This document shows, piece by piece, positions 12,330-25,859 of a DNA stretch of 64,000 nt; the first letter of the stretch is position 1; every line of letters begins with the position of its first letter. The notes under the pieces were generated by a model, which was not told the DNA's origin, did no database searches, and worked only from the letters and a program-made list of their open reading frames with translations. The stretch is from contig NC_043001.1 in assembly GCF_006345805.1 (NCBI RefSeq), positions 48,236,001-48,300,000 on the forward strand. The letters run 5' to 3'. Both the position numbers and the translations under genes were made by a program. Source of the stretch: Octopus sinensis. Taxonomy: Eukaryota.

Positions 12330-13044
12330 GAAACAGCTGTAGTGAACCTTTAACCCGTTTTTGTTCCTATACATATACATATATATATGTATATACATGT
12401 GTGTGTACGTGTGTGCTTGTGTGTGCATACATGCATTAGTTAACCTATTGTAACAGTTGCCAGTGTAGATCAGGTCAGTCAACATCTCGTCTATTCAGAC
12501 ATTAGGACGAGGAATAGATATGAATCTAGACATTCTAAACGTTAATCTTTTCAGCCTGCTTTGCTAAATTATTTGCTTGCCTACCGTAACTGTATAAGAA
12601 TTGGCAATCTCTTACATTCAAATAGTCTGTACTAACACTACATTGATTGATTAGCTTATCAGCTTTATGTATTATTCTTTCGCCGTTGCTTTTGTTGTTA
12701 CTGTTGTTGTTTGTGATAGTGGTGGTCGACTTGTTTGTTCCTTTGAGATGCTGTTAATTTTATTAATGTTTACTTTTATTATCATCATCATAATTGTAGC
12801 TACAAAGAGAGAGGGAGAGACAGACAGGAGTAAGGTAGAGAAGGAGAAAGTAAAGCAGAAGGAGAGTGTGTAGAAAGGAAAAAGAGAGTTGGAAGGAGAA
12901 AAAGATACAGAGTTATTAATTAAGGTAACTATTTTATGCTATAGACCTGTTACTATACGTCTACTTTTGCAGTAGTAGAGGAAGAAGAAGGAGGAGAAGA
13001 AGAAGAAGGAGGAAGGGGAGGGGAGTAAGACGACGACGATGATT

Positions 13045-13167
13045 TCAAATTTTGGCACAAAGCCAGCAATGTCGGAGGGGGATGAGTCGATTACTTTGGC
13101 CCCAGTGTTCAAATGGTACTGATTTTATTGACTCAGAAAAGATGAAAATCAACGTTGACCGCGGCAA
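13045..13167 (-). mobile_element. SINE fragment (family with GGATGAAAGGCAAAGTCGAC-like core)
   Basis: Similar to the complete copy at 25030-25259. Confidence 0.6.
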
Positions 13168-13212
<45 letters not shown>

Positions 13213-13220
13213 TAATAATG

Positions 13221-13297
<77 letters not shown>

Positions 13298-13298
<1 letters not shown>

Positions 13299-13567
13299 TG
13301 GAAAGTGAAGAAGGTGAAGATAGTGTCAATTATTGTTGGCTCCTTGGGGACAGTATCAGAAGGCATCAAGGGAAATATAAAGGAAATTGGAATAGAGTGC
13401 CGAGTAGAACTGTTACAAAAGATTTGCCTCCTTGGCACGGCCAGAATAATCAGGAAAGTATTAGAAAGCTGAAAAGAACAGATAGCATTGTACTGTAGCA
13501 TGTATGCAGCAAGCCCGATACGCCTGCAAGACTCCAGGAGTTCCAACAAAACCTGTGATAAAAAGAA

Positions 13568-13570
<3 letters not shown>
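13298..13570 (+). mobile_element. R4/Dong LINE 3' end flanked on both sides by (TAA)n
   Basis: WKVKKVKIVSIIVGSLGTV...LLQKICLLGTARIIRKVLES* is the REL C-terminus; (TAA)n at 13168-13297 and 13571-13627. Confidence 0.8.
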
Positions 13571-13628
<58 letters not shown>

Positions 13629-13991
13629 TTTTCATAAGCCTCAAGGTCTAATAAAGTACAAAATGATAAAATACAAAGGTGGACAGGTGCTCGTAACTAG
13701 TAAAATGGGATTAAAAAAAAGAACAAGGTAACAAGAGAATGCCAAACCACAAAATAACCAAATAAGAGGGGTAAGTGCTGAGAACTACTCATAGAAAACC
13801 CACAAGATCTCAATGATGCTGACCACGAAGAGCAAGTACCCTCTCCTTCTTGTTTCCAAGCCTGCACAGCCATACTCACAGTCGATCCCTTCACACATAC
13901 TATATTTGCTAATCTCAATTGCGTTTCTGGGGTTGTGGGCAACACTTTCAGCTCAATCCTCATATTCACATGCAAATAAATTGATTTCGCA

Positions 13992-14055
<64 letters not shown>

Positions 14056-14264
14056 AACAATTTATAAGTAAGGGCAAAAGAAAAAAATTTCTAATCCCAA
14101 AATATGCCGAAAATAGACACAACGTCAATAATCATATAATTTATCACTACAAGCACGCGTTTCGAAGAAAGCCGATAGAAATTTGTAAAAATTCCCGTTA
14201 TTACCATATCGGACCCGATTTCAGAGTTAGTTCATAAGAACCTTCCCTTCATCAGTGATAAATG

Positions 14265-14296
<32 letters not shown>

Positions 14297-14299
14297 GAC

Positions 14300-14545
14300 A
14301 GTTGAGTGGATATCACAAAAACTGAGAAAATTTTGAAATATCAGGATCTATTCAGAAAGATGAAGAGATTATGGAAGACAATTATCTCAATGGTAAGAGG
14401 CGCACTAAGCACAGCATCCAAACTATACTAAAGTAGCTGGAAGATAATGGAATTTTTATACGCAATGTCGATTTCGAGAAAATCTTCATCCTGTATTCTA
14501 CAAGAATTTTAAGAACTATTTTTGAGATTTGAGAAGACTTGGTGT
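14300..14545 (+). mobile_element. Decayed R4/Dong LINE 3' end
   Basis: EKILKYQDLFRKMKRLWK...VRGALS and FEKIFILYSTRILRTIFEI*. Confidence 0.6.
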
Positions 14546-14549
14546 CAGT

Positions 14550-15290
14550 AAACCCCAGGATACATTCCTGCTAAGTATGAAGCCAGAAATTTTGACGGGA
14601 GGAGATTATTTGAGCCATCGACCCCAGTACTTAATTTAGTAATTATTTACCGACCTGATGGGAAGAAGCACAAATTTCACTTTGACAGGAATTGGACTCT
14701 AAATAATGTTCTGGAACAATAATTATTTATAACATAGACACAAGGAATGAAATTTGAGAGAAACAATTGCGTGGAAGACAGTACCAGGTGAAAAAAGAGG
14801 CTGAAATGACAGACAAGAAACAGTAAAGTAAAAACGTAAAATCAACAATATTGTACTGCATATAGTCACAAGGCTAAAAACTTTATGAGGATTGCCTTAA
14901 TCTATTTTATGTTTATTTTATTAACCACGGAAGGATGAAACGCAAAGTTGACCTCGACAGGATTTGAACTCAGAACTTTAACAGCTGGAACAAATGCCAG
15001 AAACCAGCCTTCCAGACGCTCTAACAATCCTACAAATCCACCAGCTTGAGATCAACATTAATAACATTTCTACTATAGGCACAAGGCTTGAAATTTCGTA
15101 GGGCAGGGAGTTAATCGATTTCATCGTACCCAGTACTTGACTGGTGCTTATTCCATCGATCCTGAAAGGTTGAAAGGCAAAGTCGACCTCGGTGGCTTAT
15201 GAACTCAGAACGTAAAGAATGACGAACGAAAGGTCGTTAAGCATTTAGTCCAGTATGCTAACAGTTCTGTCAGCTCGCCGTCTCGAAATC
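14550..15290 (-). mobile_element. Cluster of three SINE copies (same family, same orientation)
   Basis: Repeated GGATGAAA..CAAAGT.GACCTCG...TTTGAACTCAGAAC motifs at ~14640, ~14935 and ~15165. Confidence 0.65.
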
Positions 15291-15379
15291 AACAATATTG
15301 ATAGCAAAGGCTATTCTGCACACTATAGAAGTGCAGAATAGCAAGTAAAATAACACCAAATGGTGAAAAGGCAACGACA

Positions 15380-15427
<48 letters not shown>

Positions 15428-15456
15428 AGTAGTAGTAGTAGTAGTAGTAGTAGAAT

Positions 15457-15511
<55 letters not shown>

Positions 15512-15566
15512 TGTAGTAGTAGTAGTAGTGGTGGTGGTGGTGGTGGTGGTGGTGGTGGTGGTGGTC
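15380..15566. repeat. Compound (TAG)n-(GTG)n trinucleotide microsatellite
   Basis: Direct inspection. Confidence 0.95.
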
Positions 15567-16039
15567 ATAATAATTGCTTTAAAGCATGCGTATATTGTTA
15601 AACTAGTGGAAATGTTTGAAATACCGGATATCCGCTAGCTAGTGAAAATGCTTCTTTGACTTGAAACCTATTTTAATTATCCATCAGAAGTATTGTGTAC
15701 GTGTTGTTGATTGTCTGTGATTATGACTGGGTAGGATAAACAGGTCTTGTGATAAACTGGCGCTTTTATTCCAGTTAGGGTTAATAATGGTAGGTGATTG
15801 CAGGAGGGGGGAAGGACAGGAAAGAAAGGAGCGAACAAAAAAGTATTAAAGGACAGAAGAAAGAAAGAGGAAAACAACAGAACATCTGCAAGAAAGAATG
15901 GTAAGAAATTATGATTTGACAGCGAGAAAAAAAAGAATGACTGAAAGAAATATGAATGAAGAAAGCAGAAAAGATAGGAAAGGAAAAGAAGGAAGAAAAA
16001 AATAAAAGAAACAAAGGGGGAGGGGAATGAAATAAAGGA

Positions 16040-16075
<36 letters not shown>

Positions 16076-16174
16076 AGGAAATCTATTAACCCAAGTCATC
16101 AATTATCGAGGAAACAATCAAAAGCGTGACCGTCTACTCGTGACCATCACACATTCTTTTGAAACAGCATATAT

Positions 16175-16470
16175 ATATGTTGGGGCAAGTGTCTGCTACA
16201 TCTTCGTACTAACCCATGACTTATGAGTGAATTTGGTAGACGGAAATTGTGTGGAATTTCGTCGTATATATAAGCGTGTGTGTGTGTGTGTGTGTGTGTG
16301 CTTATCACATCCTACTGTGATTTGTTTATGTTCACATAACATAGTGGTTAGGGATAAGAGACAGAAAGAAAAACTACCAGTACCGAACTTGATTTATCCG
16401 ACTAAACCCTATAATGCGGTACCCCAGCATGGCCACTATCCAATGAGTGAATCAAGTAAAAAGTAAAAGA
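16175..16470 (+). mobile_element. SINE with internal microsatellite (GGGCAAGTGTC...CCCCAGCATGGCC...AAGTAAAA family)
   Basis: Same layout as the copies at 49757-50050 and the split copy at 59341-63640. Confidence 0.65.
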
Positions 16471-16639
16471 AGGGAATAATTTTCTATAGCTGAATCCAAA
16501 TTACATAAAATGAAAATATAAAAGATCCAGAAAAACATAACTGCTTACATCGGAGATACCAACGTAACATCTAATCGTCGAGAAATTGGATGCTAGAGCA
16601 TTGTAGGATTCCGAACTACCACAAGTAGATAATTGAAGA

Positions 16640-16790
16640 CACGCAACATAGTGGTTAGAGTTTCGGTTCATGATCGTAATAGCATAGGTTCAATTCTTGG
16701 ACCGAGGCAAAGTGTTGTACCCTTGATCAACGTACTTCGTTTCACGCTTCTCTAGTCAACTCAGCTGGAAATTTAGTGTCAGTCGGTCGC
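16640..16790 (+). mobile_element. tRNA-derived SINE head (decayed)
   Basis: A-box-like TAGTGGTTAGAG and B-box-like GGTTCAATTC. Confidence 0.5.
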
Positions 16791-18789
16791 TGGTGCGGCT
16801 CTCTCTCTCTTTCCAGTTGTTCCGCTGGATAAAACTTGAGGTGCCTATATCTGCTCCCGACTATATAGTCTTCTAAAACAATTAGCCAAAGTAATTATGC
16901 ATGTTATCAAGACGTACTTGCTCGTGTGTGAAGGCTGACTGTAATACCACACTGAAGCACAGTCTATTTAGCTGCAAAAAGGAGCCACACAGTGCTATAG
17001 TTTTGTAAGCAATGGCAGTAATGTTAAATTGATATTATGTTGACTCTGGATTCACTCGCAAATAAAACCTGAATACGCTTGCAAATATCATTGAATTTTA
17101 TTCAAAAACCTCAAAGTTGTGTGAATGAAACTAAAACAAAGATTGTTGAGATTACGTTGTAAAATCTAAACATTTTAATATTTGTGATAAACAAAACGTT
17201 GAGGTTTAAAATCTCAGTTTTTGTTATCTTTAGCGATTATTTCAAATTAGAAATCATTATTGGTAGGGATTTCTTAATTACGTAGTAAATTGGTTTGAAA
17301 TCCAAGCTGAAAAATTCTCTTGGTTAAAACATAAAACATATGCAGAAGAGCATCGAGAACTCGCAATTCTTAGCTTAAAAAGTACTGTCATCTAAGCATG
17401 TTAAACTACCATACGTTGGATCAGATCTTGGATTCTGTTTACGAAGAGTTAAGCTAGAGAAAAGAACATGTCTCTGTGGAGTAGCACTGTATCATAATAT
17501 TCACAAACTAACCAAGTGCCAATATTCCGAAAAGTAGGTGAACTCAAACACAGTAGCAAAATATAAATAAGCAAAAATATTTCAGAAATTAAAACTCTGA
17601 ACCTTTGAGTTTGCTGCGCAATATGTTACCTATTCAGCCATTTTGAATATCTATGGTAAACTAGTCAACATTAGAAGAAAAATAAATATTACACAAAAAT
17701 CAGTGATCTTAGCTGAGGAATCAACACACAAAAAATGAAATACATTATTGAACAAAGTAAAACTAAACAAGACAAAACCATTTAACACCATGCAATCTCA
17801 GATTACACACGACAATTTAAAGTAGCTTCCATCAAACTTTATAATTAACAGAAATAAAGAAGCATCAAATACTAGTCAAAATTACTCTTAACTAATCCTC
17901 AAAAGTATTGGGGATTAGTTAAATCAAAACATCTAAAAGTATCGAAGTTCACTAGACGCAGTCAGAAAACACTTGACTAGAAAATTGCTGCTTCCTTTCA
18001 ATTTATGTTACTAAGAGACACCATGCCATCATATAGCACTTATCAAAAGAGGAATATTCTATCCAGGTCGCTAGACAGTTCTTGACTGAAGCTTGTACAT
18101 CAATCTAAGCCACGTAATATTAGACCTAAGAGGCGGGAACTAATATTATCGAAGGGCCTAATGTGATATTTAATTAAACCAAACGACACCACATCAATCC
18201 AAGCTACAAGACGACACTAGACTTAAAGAGAGGAAATTACTTCTATCCAAGACAGCAGACAGCGCTAGACCAAAATAGACTTTACCAAACCAATCCTATA
18301 CAAACCAAAATATAACAACATCGACCAAACTGAACATTAATTCCGTCTAATCAAATAAATAATTTTAGATTTAGGGTGAAAAGAATCTGAGTCGTTAAAC
18401 TTACATGTGGCATTTTGAGATATTAGATGCTGTCTGTAATCTATTTCTATTTGTCGGAAAAATCTAAATAATGTATTCTTTTGTTACTGCGTATTGCTGT
18501 GAATCAATTGTTGCTTTACATTTGTGACACATATCAAAACATACTTGCGATCTCAGATAACAATTATTCACCTACAAGATCAATAAATGATACAATCAGC
18601 AAAGATGGCTATCTTGCAATAAAATAAATACAACAAAAATCATTAAATCGTTCGCTTCAGTTTCCCCACTTCATGTTAATTCTATTGTCAACTATATTGA
18701 TTGGTTAAACCAATACAAGGACATTAATAATATAAAGGAGAGTAAGTCTAGTCTATGAAATCTACACCGGAGTGTATGACTGGTATTTA

Positions 18790-19130
18790 TTTCCAATATT
18801 CCGGGAGGATTTCCATTACGAACAGACAAACAAATATAGTAATGCTTCCTCCATCATTCTTCTTTCCTGCTTAATCCACCGATCACTTATTCTCAGCCAA
18901 TTTAAATCAAGATGTGCATTTATTGAGAAGTTCTCATTCATTTTATGGGATACGTTCAGTGTTTGTCGATATTCTATTCTTCGTTTACTCCTTTCAGTCA
19001 TTGGAATGCGGCCATTCTGGAGCAAGGTCTTCAAGGTTATAAACGTTTATATCGACTTCAGTTCTTGAACAATCGTTACTTCATCGACCTGGGAAGAATC
19101 AAAAGTACAACTGACCAGAGTAGCATTTGA
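18790..19130 (-). mobile_element. Possible L2/CR1-group LINE 3' remnant
   Basis: ORF 18816-19034 contains HLDLNWLRISDRW, resembling the L.WL.I..R motif of L2/CR1 C-termini. Weak evidence. Confidence 0.35.
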
Positions 19131-19229
19131 ATACAGAATATAATACATAACCAAATACCACAATCGTTTCGAGTACTTATCATTCCCCTACTCTATATAG
19201 ATATGGAAATAAAATAAATATTCTTTATA

Positions 19230-20311
19230 CAGGGTCTTGCAGATAAATTCAGACAATTTTTACGATGCATAAAACTGGTTATAAATACTAAAATAATGGT
19301 AGTAGACAGATATAAATTTAATGTAACATTTATCACTCGATGAGGCCGCCATTTTAGGTAATTACTACCTCCACACGAGAACGAAATTTTTTGCAGCTGC
19401 CACAACGTCCGCCTTTTTTATTTTGCGTGTCGCACACATGATGCAGGTCTTCAAACTGTTCATACTTGAATGTGGTAAAGTATTGGCCCTTGCTTGAAGT
19501 ACACCCCATAAAAGTAATCAAGAAGGTTGAGATCTAGGCTATTAGTGGGTCAGATATTGGCCTTCACAAAAAAATGAATCTTCTCACCAACGAAATCCTG
19601 TGTTGGTTTTGATCCATGGCATGGTGTAGAATCCTGCATAGAATCCTGCATTGTCAAGCCCAACCTTCTGCTCCATACATACTCCTTTGTTCCGACCTTC
19701 AAACCAGACTCCATGAAGTGTAGCTCCATGATAACTTCATCACTCGCCACGGCTCCAAATATCATTATAGAGGCAGGATTCTTAGTCTCAAACACAGGGA
19801 GGACGTCAGAAGAGTAGTAATTCACCTCAGCGTCCACAGTGAACTTCTTCTCATCCCCAAACATGAGAGGTTTTCCCTTCACCTTAATGTTTAAGGAATG
19901 ACATGCTTTAGGCATCTCTCGGCTCTGATTGCTTTCTCTTTAGTTGTCAGGAGGTGACGGCGTCATCAAACATAGCTAATCATGCCAAGGTTCCTGTTCA
20001 CAGCTGTGGACAACGTGGAAAGGGACACATTACGTTTCTTTGCAAAAGTTGCCATGAATGTGGATGAGTTTTGTTTTTGGAAATTTCGTCAACTTAACAA
20101 TTTTATTGGCAGTGTGCCCGACGAGCGCCAAAACTACAATGGCGGAACGATTCTACAGCTCCATTATTTTCTGTTCTCGAATCTGTTCGCTATTTACCTA
20201 AAAAATAAAGGGGAGGATTAGATCTTCAAGCAAGGTTTTGTCAAAACATGAAATGTTTAACCCATTAAGTCAACTGCATAAAATTGGCCTGACTTTATCT
20301 GCAAAACCCTG
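19230..20311 (-). mobile_element. maT (DD37D-type) Tc1/mariner element, internally deleted
   Basis: TIRs CAGGGTCTTGCAGATAAATTCAG / CTGACTTTATCTGCAAAACCCTG with TA flanks; motifs FGDEKKFTVD, TKNPASIMIFGAVAS, QDSTPCHGS, SLDLNLLDY. Confidence 0.85.
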
Positions 20312-21208
20312 TATTGTTCTAGCGTGTTGATTCGCTGTTTACATTATTTCATCTAAATGAAAAAAAATCATTCAATTTAAAAATTTCCACTCCGTACTTC
20401 CACTCGATCTACTAAATCAATGGTGGTGAATTCTTTCAGCTCGACACGTATGCAGATTTTAATTTCTTTAATAAACATCTTATAAGTGTCACTTATATGC
20501 ACAAGTAACACTTATGCATATTTCCAGTTTTGACTATTTTAAAACCTGATATAGTAGGAAGATTTTTGTCCCACAATTTCTCACAATTTTTCCAAAATTC
20601 ATCCCTTAATAACAAGTATAACGTGACACTGCTAATACATGTGGCATAGGTTCCCCAACAACGTACACTCTACTGACTATAGCGAATTCAGTTCTGTTCT
20701 GGTAAAGGAACAACATTGATTCAGCGCACCAGAATCATAGGTGCCTATAGCACAGTCCTCTCTGTTACAAGCATTCGTGTGATGTCTTTTGTTTCAAGAT
20801 CGGTGGTATATCTAGATTTTGTACTACCCGGAGAAACACACACACACGCGCACAAACGAAAACACATACTCTTTCTCCTTCTCTCTCTCTCTATTCCTCT
20901 CCTTCTCTCCTCTCTCTATTCTTCTCCCTCTCCTCCCCTCTCTCCCTCCCTGTCCCTGTATCACTCCTTCCATTTCATTCTTCCCCTCTCTCTCTTTCAC
21001 ACACACACACAAACAGAACGCATAATACATAAAGTTCTTCCTTAATATGATACCCTTTAAGCTGCGCTACAGCTGGGCAAGATGTCAAACTTCATCTGGT
21101 TGTGAGACTGCAGCTCGAGTGCCCAGGAGTTTGGGGAAGAATAGAGTTACGCCCTAGATACAACTACTTCCGTGCTTGTTTCTGTCTGGGAGTCGAAGGC
21201 ATCAATTA

Positions 21209-22563
21209 CACTGGTCAACACATTTTCTGGCACAAGGTTTATCAATGGTTTTTAGCTAATTTTGGGGTGCTGAATACAAATCTGGCATCAAATTTTGTCT
21301 CTCATGTCAGATATTTTTTATATACAATCTTTTAGCTTTGCTAGAAACAGCTATTTAATGCTCATAAAGGTAGAATTACGCATACGTAGATGCAAGTTTT
21401 AATAGACAGTGTTTTTTTTTAATCTAGAAAATCAAAGCACAAAGTTGTGGGAATAAATGCATATTAACATGTAAGTATTAAGCTTTGTGATAACAAAATA
21501 TGAATAGAAAATCTCCATCCATTGTGGTCATTCATTCTCATCGTGCTATTACTGCAAGAACTTCCTCCTTTTTCAGTTTCTGGAATGTCTTTCAAGTTCC
21601 AGCAGTAATCTGCCAACATGTTTGAGTCCCATCAGCCTTGGTAGCGTTCTTCCCTTACTTTTACGTTTTGATGGAAGAGTTCACCTTGTTCTTCGCTACC
21701 ATTATCCAGGTTCTCTGAAAACTCCCTCAACTGACTGTGTAAGTAGTGCAATTTAATACTCATTCTACATCCAAGTGATTGCAATCTCAGGAGCAATTCC
21801 TCCAGAATTTCTTGATAGTTGTCAGATTTCCTTTTCCCAAGCAAATCAGCTTCATATCAGAAAAGGCATTCCAAGCTCTAACCTCAGCCGCACTCATTCT
21901 TGTAACAAAATGTGGATCCCTGAGGAGTGTTCTTATTTGAGGTCCATCAAATATTTCTGCCTTCTTCTTGTCACTGAGATTGGAAAGGTTGTACACATAC
22001 ATCTGAAGTATACTCCACTGTGATCAAGAGCTTTGATTAATTGCTTCATTACACCAAATTTTCAACTCAGGTTTTTGCAAACTTTATGGGGAGCCTAAGT
22101 TTCGTCATGGTCTCCAAGTACTACTTTAAAGTGCTACTTTAAATTGCTACTTCTTGACAAAGTTATTAATGTTGCGCATTTGAGCCTGTGGAATGACGTT
22201 TTCACAGACGTAACAGAAGATATCGGGATTATTGCAGCCCGTCCTTATTTTTAATGTTGTATCTATAACTAAATCACAATGGTTTAGTTCACACCTGAAA
22301 AGAGGATCGGTTTTAAAGCGAAACTCAGCTTGAACATATTAATCAAAACTAGCATGACAATCCAAGCAAAATTCTCGTAAATAGTGGTGTAAAATTAACT
22401 TTTGGTATGAACCAGGTGAATAAAGGTATATACTTATGGCACAAAAATGTTATATGATTGAGCAAATCTAATGTCTGTTTTAAAATCAGCACCAAAGATT
22501 TTAGTCTAAAACAGCTCTAAGATTTTATGCCAGAAAATAAAAGTTTTATTTTGTTGACCAGTG
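21209..22563 (-). mobile_element. Chapaev3-like (CMC superfamily) DNA transposon, internally deleted
   Basis: TIRs CACTGGTCAACA / TGTTGACCAGTG; flanks TTA / TGA (3-bp TSD-like); motifs FGVMKQLIKALD, IFDGPQIR, AWNAF, LGCRMSIKLHYLHS, SEEQGELFHQ, EERYQG, ADYCW. The superfamily assignment is from memory of these motifs. Confidence 0.7.
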
Positions 22564-22947
22564 TGATTGGTCAAATTGTAGGAGATAGTCGAGGGGCCAA
22601 AGTATACAGGGTTCGCAGGAGGCTTACGCCCTAGAAACGGGCCACACCGACCAACTATTCTATATTGTAAAACATTACCCTGCCTAAGAGTTAAGAACAT
22701 CCCGCGTTTAGAGATAAGCTCAATGAGCTGGAGACTAACAGAGTAAACAGTAAATAAGCTCGCAGAATTCAGCAGAAAAACACTGCTCTAACTTTCCCAC
22801 GAAACATCAAGAATTTTCAGACTTTTGTATGACTATGATAGTCGACGTCTGTACGCGTGGCTAATGAAGGGAAAGCGCAAAAACTTAATATTTTATTGTG
22901 TTACTTCCTACTACCCGTAAACCATGAAAGCTAGTTACCTCTTTCCT

Positions 22948-22995
<48 letters not shown>

Positions 22996-24028
22996 CAAAA
23001 GCAGTCTCAGAATCTGGTCAGCGAAGTTCATGCACTCTACCTTACTCGTCTTCCTCCGAGTGAGACGCAAAAAGAAACTTGGACAATAAATGGCATCAAA
23101 TAACTCCCCATAATAAGAGGTGACACCAATTCAATCCGATGTTAATCACACGTTTTGTTAAGTGTGTCTCTAGCAGAGCCAATATATTTTTAGGTCGTCA
23201 TTAAGCTATACTTCAAACGAAATCATCGTTCTAGATTTCTTCACAGATCTTTTAATCTTTGACAGGAAACGGGTTTATTCTTCCCCCCTCTCTCTTCCCC
23301 CTCTATCTCTCTGTCTTTTTCTTTCTCTGTGTACCTGTCTATCTAACTATCGAATTACCTATCTATTTATCTCTCTCTTTTACGTTCTCACTTTATATAT
23401 ATATATATATATATACATATGTATGTATGTATTCACTCATCTATTCATCTGCTTTCAATTTGTCTACATATTAATCTATCTGTCTGTTTATCTATATTAT
23501 TATATCTGTTTGTTTGTCTACCTATGTATCTATTTATCTATCTATGTAGGTAACTTGCTAGTTCCCTCTCTCTCACTCACGTGCGCGCACACACACACAC
23601 ATACACACACACACACACCCATGTACGCACTCACACTCGTTCAGTGTGCGTATATATATATATATTCTTCATTTCGTTTTCTCTTTTCTTTGTATCTGTC
23701 TCCAAAAGTTTCTTCTTTCAGTCTATCTATCGATCTAGCCAGTGAATTATCTATCAAATTAATTAGCCAGCTTCTTATGTTTTCTCATTCTATTCGCCAC
23801 CCCCTTTCTCTCGCACTCTCTCACTTTCTCTTTCTCTCTCTCTCCATCTCCCTCTCCCTCTCTCTCAAACTTCTATATATGTATACAATGTCTGGCTGGT
23901 CCCCAATCAGTATCACTCGGACAAATGCAAGCATGAACACGCAACAAGCATTGACAACACATACACATATACAAATGCGCTCGCGCGCGCATACACACGT
24001 GCACACACGCACACACACACTCTGTCTG

Positions 24029-24077
<49 letters not shown>

Positions 24078-24216
24078 AACACACACCTGCAAACACGCAC
24101 GTACACATAGGTTTACAATAAACCGTCAAACATATTGTCCACTTACGTACAAAACAGACACTTGTAAGTAATGACATTAGATTAACTACACGCCGGTACA
24201 CACACACAAGGATGTA

Positions 24217-24400
24217 CCGTATTTTAACATGTATAAGAACCCTCGTGTATAAGAAACCCCAAAATTTGGTTGGAGAGGGGCTTAAAATTTGGAAAAATGT
24301 TTTGTTAGGGATTACAATATTATCCATGTATAAGAAACCCCCATATTTAAAAAACCTAATTGCTGACAAAGAAGGGTTCCTTATACACGTTAAAATACAG
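24217..24400. mobile_element. Tc2/pogo-type MITE (184 bp)
   Basis: TIRs CCGTATTTTAACATGTATAAGAACC / GGTTCCTTATACACGTTAAAATACAG with TA flanks. Confidence 0.8.
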
Positions 24401-24407
24401 TATATAT

Positions 24408-24710
24408 GTTTTGTTGTTTATTCCTTCTCGAGCCATACCTGTCTCATAAGGGCCAGTTTCCCGGTTTCTTTGCGTATAGGTTCTCCACCTGGACGCGACG
24501 CCGGTCCGTTGCAGGTGAGCTGCAAGATGCAAGAGAAAAGAGAGAAAGGGAAAGTTGTGGCAAAAGAGTCAGCAGAAGTTCGCCATTACCTTCTGCCGGA
24601 GCCGCGTGGAGCTTAGGTGATTCGCTCATAAACACACACATCGCCCGGTCTGAGATTCGTACACGCAATCTCTCGACCGCTGCTCTAACTACTAGGCCAT
24701 GTGCCTCCAC
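24408..24710 (-). mobile_element. Full-length tRNA-derived SINE with V-domain-like core
   Basis: Head GTGGAGGCACATGGCCTAGTAGTTAGAGC; internal CCTGCAACGGACCGGCGTCGCGTCCAGG resembles the V-SINE motif CCTG.GATGGACTGGCGACC.GTCCAGG; tail GAGAAGG(AAC)n. Confidence 0.6.
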
Positions 24711-25029
24711 AGTATATATGTTGCCAATAACAGTCATGCATACCATAAACTGTCACATAACAGGTAAAGCATTGATTCATCGATGAAGTCTTTGTCTTCT
24801 CACAGTGTTTCTCCTGCAGTATAAGATTTTGTTCCAGGGCGGCGAGCTGACAGAATTATTAGACTGCTGCCTGTACTTTTTTCAGTTTCCTTTTACCAAA
24901 TCCACTTAAAAGGATTTGGTAGCCCTGAGGCTATAGTAGAAGGTGTCATGTAATGGGACTGAACCCGGAACCATATAGTTGGGAAGCAAACTTATTACCA
25001 CACTCCCATTTTCCGTTACTGTAACGGAA

Positions 25030-25259
25030 TTCTTTACTACCCACAAGGGGCTAAACGAAGAGGAGACAAACAAGGACAGACAGACGGATTAAGTCGATTA
25101 TATCGACCCCCAGTGCGTAACTGGTACTTAATTTATCGATCCCGAAAGGATGAAAGGCAAAGTCGATCTCGGCGGAATTTGAACTCAGAACGTTTCGGCA
25201 GACGAAATACTGCTAAGCATTTCGCCCAGCGTGCTAACCGTTTCTGCCAGCTCACCGCT
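25030..25259 (-). mobile_element. Full-length tRNA-derived SINE (best-preserved copy of the GGATGAAAGGCAAAGTCGA family)
   Basis: Minus strand GCGGTGAGCTGGCAGAAACGG...GTTCTGAGTTCAAATTCCGCCGAG (B box); other copies near 13050, 14600-15290, 27520, 28970, 32590, 34010, 48520 and 57370. Confidence 0.8.
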
Positions 25260-25859
25260 GTAATGCCTGATACATATATATATGTTGGTCGTAATTGGAA
25301 TACCTTCAATCACTAATCAGCTCGAACTGGGACCTAACTGTTATCAGAACAACAACTCTTTCTTTTACACACACACACACACGCGCGCGCTTTTGCTTCA
25401 TTTACGGCCTCTGTTTTCCTACTCATCACCTAGCCCTATTTCTTCCGCCATTCTCCCCCTTTCTTCCCTCCCTCTCCTCTCTCTCTCTCCTCTTATTTTA
25501 TACAAACACATCACGTTGTCGTAAATCAGCTGTTGCCAACGAATGGGTTGGACTTTGTAGGTGGACGTAGTGAAATGCAGAAGTGAAGGGGGAGTAGATA
25601 GAGGTAGAATGTAGATGAGAGACGGAGGTTCCTTCATTGAAATAGAAAGAAGTGAAATGTTGAGTGATAACATTAAGCAAGAGGTGGGGTGAAAGAGAAG
25701 AAAGTGATAGAGAGAAAATATGGAAGTGAGACAACGAGAGAAAATGTGAGGGAGGAAAAGAGTGGAGGGAGAGTGTGAAAGTAATCGTAAAGAACAAGAG
25801 GGAATTAATATATGTTCGAATCAATAGCTGTTGAAAGATAGGGTTTGTGTGCGTTGGTG

